Source: Bradymonadia bacterium (GTDB taxonomy: Bacteria; Myxococcota_A; Bradymonadia; UBA7976; UBA1532). From it: a stretch of DNA of 64,000 bases. The DNA lies in assembly GCA_049889275.1 (NCBI GenBank), contig JBMHDS010000078.1, positions 25,159-89,158 of the forward strand. The letters are read 5' to 3'. Position numbers and translations under genes: made by a program. Below the pieces are notes generated by a model, which saw only the letters and a program-made list of their open reading frames with translations, had not been told where the DNA came from and did no database searches. Positions within the stretch are counted from its first letter, which is position 1. Each line of letters starts with the position of its first letter. Below are positions 57,256 through 64,000 of this stretch, one piece after another.

Positions 57256-57381
57256 CCGCAGGCTCATGTGCCGTTTTGTGACATCAAAATGAGGGCGACC
57301 TTATGAGTCAGTCGAGAACCCTATCACTACGTGATAGGCCTTTTCGCTTAATCGGCAATTCCCTGATAAGCTGCGCGATCG

Positions 57382-60300
57382 ATGGACACGGTATACAAAC
57401 TCGCTCGAAAGAGCGCAAACATCTATCAACGGGTGAGTGCTTTCATCATCCTCACGGGTGCATTCGTCTGCCTTGTATATTTTCTGGGATATTTTGCGCT
57501 TAACTCTGGGTTTACCAACCAGGCTTTCGATGTATTGGTCAACTCATCCATTCGTGGTCAGGTGGCATGGAAGCGCGTCGCTTGGGGGCCTTGGCCATCT
57601 CGCATCAAGATTCTAGAACCCGTTTTGAGCGACTCAATGGGTCGCACTGTGGTCAGCGCAAAGAGCATCACCATCGACGAGCTCGATCTCATTGGGCTGC
57701 TCAACAATCGACTGTCGGCACGGTCGATCCGCATCGATACCCCGGTGACCAAATTGATCAGCCTGCCGAATCCTGAAAGCCACGCCTCTCAGAGCGATGA
57801 ACGGGTACTCAACATCTCGGAGATGTTCTGGCCACCCGGCGGTCGAATTGACGATGGCCACCCATCTCAACTCGATCTCGATTTGACGGAAATCGATATT
57901 CGTAACGGCATGTTTGTGCTCGATAACCCCAGCACGTCCATCGTTGCGCACGGCATCAATATTCCAAACGCTCGGTTCAGACTCTATGAGACGAAGACGG
58001 ACGACTTCATGGCCATCGAGAGCAAACACCTGTCCATCTCTCAGTTACAAGTCAAGGTCACACGCAAGACTGCCACCACGACAGCGAGGAAAGCCAAGGC
58101 GGAAGATGTCTACAGCTGGCCACTCAGACATTTGAAGATCGAAGAGTTTAATTGGAACGGCGATAATTTTAGCTTCAGCCATTTGCAAAGCCTTCTGAAT
58201 AACGATCCGCTGATGGTCAAGGCATTCAAGATGGAACTCGACCGACCCGACCTGCCCTACTTGGAAGCAGATGTAAAGTTAGAGACAGACCAAGCCAGTA
58301 AACACATTCGTAACTACACAGACGTCCCGATCGAAGGCCATGCAGAGTTATCTGCCCGCGTCCATGGCGAGGTTGATGTGCTCGAAGGGTTAGCCACACT
58401 CAAGAGCCGTGAGTTAATGGTGTTTGGCATCAAATTGCTAGACATCGATTCGGCAATTGAATTGTCAGATGATGAGCGCCTCTCGATTAAGCGCCTCGTG
58501 GCAGATACCGCCTCCGGTCAAGTGTCTGCCGATGGACAATTCGACCTCGAGCACGGTTCAAGCGCGATCAATCTTTTTGTGGAGGATGTCGAACTTCGAC
58601 AACTCAGCCCAGCGGTCTCTGCCGAACTCGATAGAATCATCGGTGGCCGCCTGAATGGATATGTTTTGGTGACGGGCCAGGAGATGTTCTCTGACGCCCC
58701 AAACTATGCCGTCAGAACTGATATAGCGACCATATCCGCCAAACCGAGGGGCGCCTATGGATTAGCACAACTCTTGAATATCAACGCCTTTACGACCTTT
58801 CGGGACAGCACATTGGATTTCTCGGAACTCGACATTACGAGCGGTTCGGCTCGCTTGCTCGCCAAGGGTAAACTCGCTCTCGATACATTCGTAATCGACA
58901 TGAAGGGACGAGTCCGAGCAGGTCAAATAAAACCAATTGCCAGTGCATTTGGCGTCCCGGCTAGAGGTCGAGGCCAAGCGAGCTTCAGCATCAGAGGGTA
59001 TGCAAAAAGCCCTCGGTTCGAAGCGGGCTTTCAACTCAGCGACTTGGTCTACGATAACCTGTCACCGGCGGCGCTGTCGGGGAAAGTCGCCTTCGCTGAC
59101 GGTCGTCTCGACCTCGACCAAGTACGCCTGAAGTCCGACTTTGGCTCTGTTGCGGCCAAGGGCCGAATCAATATTGCCGCACCGAATCAACCCCTCGATT
59201 TCCGAGTGAATGCACGTCAATTGGAGCTGTCTGCGATTCCATTTACCAACGATTTCTCAGGCCGTTCAGCAGTGGACATCAGACTGCGTGGCCCAAGCAG
59301 GCGGCCACGCATAACCGGTCGAGCACGCATCGCTCGTCCGTGCTGGAAAACCCCTCATGGGGATCGTCCGCTGTGCTTTCGACGGGTTGAAGTCGTCGGA
59401 GATTGGTCAGGCGATCGGGTCACGCTAGACACCCTCAAACTCAATGACCGGAAAAACACGCTCATCGATATGAAGGGACGTGGCGACATTAAGCGTCTCG
59501 ACTTCAATGGGTCGGTCAGGCTGAATGGGCTGCCTGTGGCGCTCGTCAACCATTTTGTTAAAGAACCACTACCAGCGTCGGGGACCCTCCAGGCTGATTT
59601 TACGATCGCTGGCAACCTGAAGCGGCCAGCTGGCGATGGGCGCCTCAACATAAAGCAAGCGCGCTTCGGCGAGTATGAACTGGGTGATGTGAAGGTAGAG
59701 GTCCAAGCCGACCGCTCTGAGGTTAAGGTCTCGGGCGAGTTACTGAATGCGATTAAGGTACGCGGCACAATGCCGCTGGTCCGAGATGGACGCAATGCGA
59801 GCGGAGTGATCGAGTTTGCTGGTCTTCAGGTCGAGAAGCACCTTCCTGCGATGAAGACACAGCCGCTTGACTCTCGTGCGACCGGTCGTGTTGAGTTTGA
59901 GCTAAACCCAACGAACTTCAAACTCCGCTCAGCGCGCGCCAATCTTGAGCAATTGCAGGCCAAATACAGCCTCCGTCCAGAGCTCACATACGTCAGTGAG
60001 CTGAGCGAACCCGTGTTGGCGCGCTGGGATGGTAAATCGATCAACATTGAGCAGCTGAATCTCCGCATCCGCCGGCTTGGCGTCGACGCAGGCGACGCAA
60101 ACGGGGAACGCGTTCATTCTTTCGTACGTCTTGCCGGCACCGTCAGTGCCGCAGGCGAGCTCGAACTTGACACTCGGAGTCGCCTGGACCTGTCCCTCAT
60201 CGAGCCTTTTCTCGAGTCGGTGCTCAGTGAAGCGACTGGCCATTTGGAGATCGATGGCCGTATCGCTGGCCCGAGTCAAGCACCCCAACCCCAACTTGAG

Positions 60301-61695
60301 GTGCAGCTCAAGCAGGCCCAATTCGTGCCTAGGTTAAGCATGATTGGCTCACAGCTCGACCTTGTTAGACCCGTCACAATGCGTATCGCACCGGATACAA
60401 CTGAGACCGGCGGTCGCAACGCATCCGGAGGCGGCAACTTTGTGGTGAGCTTGGCAGACACGACAAAAAACACAAATGAGAATAATCGGTTTATCTTGCT
60501 CCGTGACGACGCAAAACTTGAAATCGACGAGGTCCTTGTACAAACCCGCTCGTACGGTCTAGAGCGTGTCAAGGTTAGACTCAAAGGCAACGAGATTGGC
60601 CTAAATGTGCCCAGGGTCATTCGGGGTACCTTTGACACCCCAGGTCTCACTTTTGAGTCCTGGATTGAGCGATTCGATGAGCGTCGCGACGAGCGCCGGA
60701 TGAAATTATCCGGTCAGGTGGAGGTGATTCAAGGTGAATACATGTCCGACTTGACCGGCGTTAATGAGATTAACCAAGATTTCAGAGACCGACTGAGTGG
60801 TCGGACACAGACGAGAACCGTCAGTCTGTTCGAGCGGGTACCCGCTCTCAAGCGCCTGATGCTGAATCTGAGAGTCATCGGAGATGGTGGTTTTTACGTT
60901 CGCAATCGGGTTCTCACGCTATCAACTAATCTCGAGATCAGGCTCAATCTGGAAGAGATAACGGGTTTTCTGTACAGCATGCCTAATGACACTGAAGACG
61001 AGCGACTGTCGATCCGTGGCGACGTCAACATTCTCCCCGATTCAACCATTACCTACGCCAGACGCGAGTTTGACGTATCCAGCGGCAACTTAAACTTCGG
61101 TGGTCGCAACTTCCTCGACGCCCAAATCGAAGCCAACCGAACGTTCACTTTGCGGACTGGGCAGAGCGTGTCCACAGCGTCGACCAGTTTCGATACCGGC
61201 TCCGGTGACATTCGCCTCGAAGAAGTGGTCCTCTCGGCAAGACTGAATATTCCAACCCTCGATACACCACCCAACTTTGCATTTGATCTGACGAGTAATA
61301 GTGGCGCGAGTAAACTAGAGGTCATCACGCTGGTGTTGACCGGAAGCTATCCAGAGAATTTGAGCGGCGCCGCCAGCGCGCAACCCGCAACAGAGGTGGT
61401 TCTCGCGCCGCTGCTGAGCCTGGTCGAAGCGCCTTTAGAGGACACATTTCAAGTCGATCTGACGCTGACACCAGTCTCCACTGGTACCCTCTATATCGAT
61501 GCCAATAAGGTCCTGTCGCGGCGACTCTATCTGTATTCGCGGGTTCTCGTTGGCGACGAGCAAGACGGTAATCCCCAGCAGTTTGGGCTTAGATATCAAA
61601 TCAACAATGTGGCGTTCGGTGAGCTTTCAAATGAACGTTTAGGCACAAACATCTCGACCACAGGTCGCCTCAAACTAAGGGTCGACTTGAATTGA
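57382..61695 (+). CDS. TamB-like translocation and assembly module protein (AsmA-like/DUF490)
   Basis: 1437 aa with a single N-terminal TM anchor (VSAFIILTGAFVCLVYFLGYFAL) and a long beta-rich body. It is followed immediately by an Omp85 gene. Confidence 0.65.
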   Translation: MDTVYKLARKSANIYQRVSAFIILTGAFVCLVYFLGYFALNSGFTNQAFDVLVNSSIRGQVAWKRVAWGPWPSRIKILEPVLSDSMGRTVVSAKSITIDELDLIGLLNNRLSARSIRIDTPVTKLISLPNPESHASQSDERVLNISEMFWPPGGRIDDGHPSQLDLDLTEIDIRNGMFVLDNPSTSIVAHGINIPNARFRLYETKTDDFMAIESKHLSISQLQVKVTRKTATTTARKAKAEDVYSWPLRHLKIEEFNWNGDNFSFSHLQSLLNNDPLMVKAFKMELDRPDLPYLEADVKLETDQASKHIRNYTDVPIEGHAELSARVHGEVDVLEGLATLKSRELMVFGIKLLDIDSAIELSDDERLSIKRLVADTASGQVSADGQFDLEHGSSAINLFVEDVELRQLSPAVSAELDRIIGGRLNGYVLVTGQEMFSDAPNYAVRTDIATISAKPRGAYGLAQLLNINAFTTFRDSTLDFSELDITSGSARLLAKGKLALDTFVIDMKGRVRAGQIKPIASAFGVPARGRGQASFSIRGYAKSPRFEAGFQLSDLVYDNLSPAALSGKVAFADGRLDLDQVRLKSDFGSVAAKGRINIAAPNQPLDFRVNARQLELSAIPFTNDFSGRSAVDIRLRGPSRRPRITGRARIARPCWKTPHGDRPLCFRRVEVVGDWSGDRVTLDTLKLNDRKNTLIDMKGRGDIKRLDFNGSVRLNGLPVALVNHFVKEPLPASGTLQADFTIAGNLKRPAGDGRLNIKQARFGEYELGDVKVEVQADRSEVKVSGELLNAIKVRGTMPLVRDGRNASGVIEFAGLQVEKHLPAMKTQPLDSRATGRVEFELNPTNFKLRSARANLEQLQAKYSLRPELTYVSELSEPVLARWDGKSINIEQLNLRIRRLGVDAGDANGERVHSFVRLAGTVSAAGELELDTRSRLDLSLIEPFLESVLSEATGHLEIDGRIAGPSQAPQPQLEVQLKQAQFVPRLSMIGSQLDLVRPVTMRIAPDTTETGGRNASGGGNFVVSLADTTKNTNENNRFILLRDDAKLEIDEVLVQTRSYGLERVKVRLKGNEIGLNVPRVIRGTFDTPGLTFESWIERFDERRDERRMKLSGQVEVIQGEYMSDLTGVNEINQDFRDRLSGRTQTRTVSLFERVPALKRLMLNLRVIGDGGFYVRNRVLTLSTNLEIRLNLEEITGFLYSMPNDTEDERLSIRGDVNILPDSTITYARREFDVSSGNLNFGGRNFLDAQIEANRTFTLRTGQSVSTASTSFDTGSGDIRLEEVVLSARLNIPTLDTPPNFAFDLTSNSGASKLEVITLVLTGSYPENLSGAASAQPATEVVLAPLLSLVEAPLEDTFQVDLTLTPVSTGTLYIDANKVLSRRLYLYSRVLVGDEQDGNPQQFGLRYQINNVAFGELSNERLGTNISTTGRLKLRVDLN

Positions 61696-64000
61696 GATAC
61701 CTGGTCGCCATAGCTCTGCTGCTGCTGATCGCGAATCCTGCGATTGCGGAATCGCTCACGTTAGGCGAACGGGTCGATGAGGTGAACGAGCTATCGGCGC
61801 AGTATACCGGCTCTATCTTGAAGGACACCGTCAAGGTCGAGTGCGACATAGAGCTCTGTGACCAACCAAGGATGCGATCTGCATTAATCGACTTAGTCGG
61901 GCTCGAGCTCGAGCAACCCTTATCGGACGTGGACATCGCTAGGGCCTGGTCGCGCCTTATGCGAACAGGGTACTTTAGGCAAGTGATCGTCCACATTGAG
62001 AAGGTCCCCGCATCAAACCAGATCACACTGAGGTTTAGCTGTACTGGTCACGTCATTATCCAAGACCTTCGAGTGGAGTACAGCGATTGGTCGAGTTGGC
62101 TTTATCCCAAACAATTCGTCGCGGAAATCCGAAAGCGTCTGCCTTTGCGGCGAGGGGGTAGTTTTCCATCTGTTCGGCCAGACGGATCCTTTACGCCGGA
62201 AGATCAATCGTTACTCGAGGGGTATGAATCCCGGGTGCTCGATCTCTATCGACGTCAGGGTTATTTGCAAACCCGTGTAAAAATCATCCCGAAGTACTTT
62301 GGCGACAATCAGAAGAAGGTCGTGGTGACGGTTCGCATCACTGAAGGTGAGCAACCCGAACTCGGTGGTGTGCTCATTAAGGGCGCACAAGGCATCCCAT
62401 ACAGTCGTATTTTGAATCTGATATCAACGGGCGAGCGAACCGATTTTTGGCGGCGTTTCTTCGGCCTCTTTGGAATCGGTCGTTATGCACGACGACAACT
62501 CAAAGATGAGCTCGTCGAAGTCGAGTCTATGTATCGCCAAGAAGGCTGGGTGTCGGCTCGAGTGCGTCTACAACCAGAGCTAGCAAAGCGCGGAGATAAA
62601 GTTTTTCCGAAGGTTCGCATCATTGAAGGCAAACACCTGGTCATTCGCTTCGAAGGCAACGAAACATTAACGGATGGTGAGCTGCGTCAGGTGCTCACTT
62701 TCAGTGAGAGCGGTACCTTCGACGATGCAGAAATAGAGGAAAGTGTCGGCCAGATACGCGGGCTCTATCAAGCCGCAGCCCGCTACTTTGTGACGGTCAC
62801 AGCCACGAAGAAACAACTCGGCGACAAGCGCTACATGGTGTCCTTCAACATTAAAGAGGGCCCTCAAGTTTATGCGCGTTCGATCTCAATTGCAGGCAAT
62901 CGACGGATGGCCGACAAACACATTCTCGATGAAATGGAGACCAAAGGGATCGCACCTGAAGGTGTCGTTAACGCGCTCACAAAGTCAGCTGGCATCGTTC
63001 AAGATGAACGTCTGATCAACGACCTCAACCGGATTCGAAGCCTGTACCGAAAGCATGGCATGCCAGGGATCAAGTTCCGATGCGCAAACGCCGAGAGATC
63101 GCCGGCCGAGTGGACGACCTATCGCCAGTTACGGGAGCAGAGCGAGACTGATGTCGGTCCGACACTCGACCCCATTTTGTTTCGTGGACAATTCGATGTC
63201 TGGAGCGACAACCCACTGACCCACCGATGCTTTCAGGTCATTCCGGACGAGGATCCACGCTTTGTTCGGATCCAAGTGGATATCGATGAAGGTTTGCGAA
63301 CCGAGGTGGACAGTTTCGATATCAACGCCATCATCGCTCGAATGGACTCGCAGATGCAGGCGGAGGCAAGAGCGCTCCTGGAAGAACAGGGCATCATCGA
63401 TGAGTTTGGCAGGGCTGAGCGCAAGATTGGATTTACGCAGTCACGGGTCAAGGCACTGCGAGGATTCATTCTCAGGTATCTTCATCAAAACGGCTATCTC
63501 AGCGCGCGGGTCACCCCGGCTTGCGAACTGCATTCTGGTCGCATTCTAAAAGGGAAGGCTTGCTCCGAGGACGCACTGTACGGCATCAGCCTGAAACGCG
63601 TCTTCTTCGAGTTGCACTACGGACCTCAAACATTGGTCAGTGGTATCCTTCTGCGCGGAAATCTCAGCACAGAAGACAGCGTCATTACCGATGAACTCCT
63701 ATTGAAGAACGGGCAGCCGCTGGGCAGTGATGGCCTGTTTCTCTCGCAGGCAAACCTCAGGAGTCTTGGTGTGTTTTCTGCGATAAACATAGAGTACATC
63801 GGTCAGCGCGGCGCAGATTCCATTGCCACAGACGAGGGCATGGTTGCTGACCAAGATGCGACCATTGTGGTGACCGTTGAAGAGTCCAAATCAAAGCTGC
63901 TCGAGGCCTATGTGGGCCTCCAGATAGACTCGACGCCACTGGAAGAAGAGCTGCCTGTGCTCTATGCGGTTGGTACAACTGCCCGCCACCGAAACTTTCT
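61692..64000 (+). CDS. Omp85-family protein (BamA/TamA-like), 3' end cut by window edge
   Basis: Absent from the ORF track because there is no stop within the window. TTG 61692 overlaps the tamB-like stop (TTGA). My translation is LRYLVAIALLLLIANPAIAES..., a signal peptide. Repeated POTRA-like units follow, e.g. HLVIRFEGNETLTDGELRQVL, VYARSISIAGNRRMADKHILDEM and LVSGILLRGNLSTEDSVITDELLL. The frame is open to base 64000. Confidence 0.7.
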   Translation, partial: MRYLVAIALLLLIANPAIAESLTLGERVDEVNELSAQYTGSILKDTVKVECDIELCDQPRMRSALIDLVGLELEQPLSDVDIARAWSRLMRTGYFRQVIVHIEKVPASNQITLRFSCTGHVIIQDLRVEYSDWSSWLYPKQFVAEIRKRLPLRRGGSFPSVRPDGSFTPEDQSLLEGYESRVLDLYRRQGYLQTRVKIIPKYFGDNQKKVVVTVRITEGEQPELGGVLIKGAQGIPYSRILNLISTGERTDFWRRFFGLFGIGRYARRQLKDELVEVESMYRQEGWVSARVRLQPELAKRGDKVFPKVRIIEGKHLVIRFEGNETLTDGELRQVLTFSESGTFDDAEIEESVGQIRGLYQAAARYFVTVTATKKQLGDKRYMVSFNIKEGPQVYARSISIAGNRRMADKHILDEMETKGIAPEGVVNALTKSAGIVQDERLINDLNRIRSLYRKHGMPGIKFRCANAERSPAEWTTYRQLREQSETDVGPTLDPILFRGQFDVWSDNPLTHRCFQVIPDEDPRFVRIQVDIDEGLRTEVDSFDINAIIARMDSQMQAEARALLEEQGIIDEFGRAERKIGFTQSRVKALRGFILRYLHQNGYLSARVTPACELHSGRILKGKACSEDALYGISLKRVFFELHYGPQTLVSGILLRGNLSTEDSVITDELLLKNGQPLGSDGLFLSQANLRSLGVFSAINIEYIGQRGADSIATDEGMVADQDATIVVTVEESKSKLLEAYVGLQIDSTPLEEELPVLYAVGTTARHRNF

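Noticed and set aside
1-64000. tRNA, rRNA, tmRNA, RNase P, SRP RNA, CRISPR arrays, IS elements, integrases and prophage genes.
   Set aside because: I scanned the longer (roughly >100 bp) intergenic gaps for hallmark strings (T-loop GGTTCGA, RNase P AAAGTCC, SRP GGAAGCAGCC, repeated spacer-repeat units) and the ORF list for transposase, integrase and phage motifs. None was found. Unaided visual scanning cannot exclude small or divergent RNAs.

Overview
Housekeeping-dominated chromosomal window from a moderately GC-rich Gram-negative bacterium. I infer a Myxococcota/Bdellovibrionota-like origin (delta-proteobacteria sensu lato, possibly Bradymonadia-like). The basis is an AgmX/PglI-type protein with an MJ0042 zinc ribbon and GYF_2 domain, several Cys-rich secreted lipoproteins carrying C-x-D-x-D-C-D-G motifs, and a TamB-like/BamA-like pair. 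I call about 55 tightly packed protein genes on both strands, many with 1-16 nt overlaps (ATGA/GTGA/TTGA). The ORF track translates GTG/TTG starts as M, and several track starts are moved to downstream ATGs that have a Shine-Dalgarno site or give a signal peptide. Recognisable core genes are holB, ssb, pcnB, clpS-clpA, rseP, msrB, dapA-dapB, deoC, mobA, acyP, sfsA, add, a flagellin, an ECF sigma factor, and tamB-like plus a 3'-truncated bamA-like gene that is absent from the ORF track. I saw no rRNA, tRNA, CRISPR array, transposase, integrase or phage genes. I do not see a convincing multi-gene novel system, and no defence, toxin or mobile hallmarks. The best leads are: (1) DeoC with a ~95-aa N-terminal extension resembling a microcompartment encapsulation peptide plus a Cys4 motif; (2) a flagellin with no flagellar neighbours; (3) an uncharacterised protein of four ~90-aa repeats coupled to acyP; (4) an ECF sigma operon with DUF547 and a pseudo-receiver but no recognisable anti-sigma; (5) a divergent CcmH-like pair; (6) a family of large Cys-rich lipoproteins. 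All functional calls rest on motif recognition by eye and none was checked by a search.
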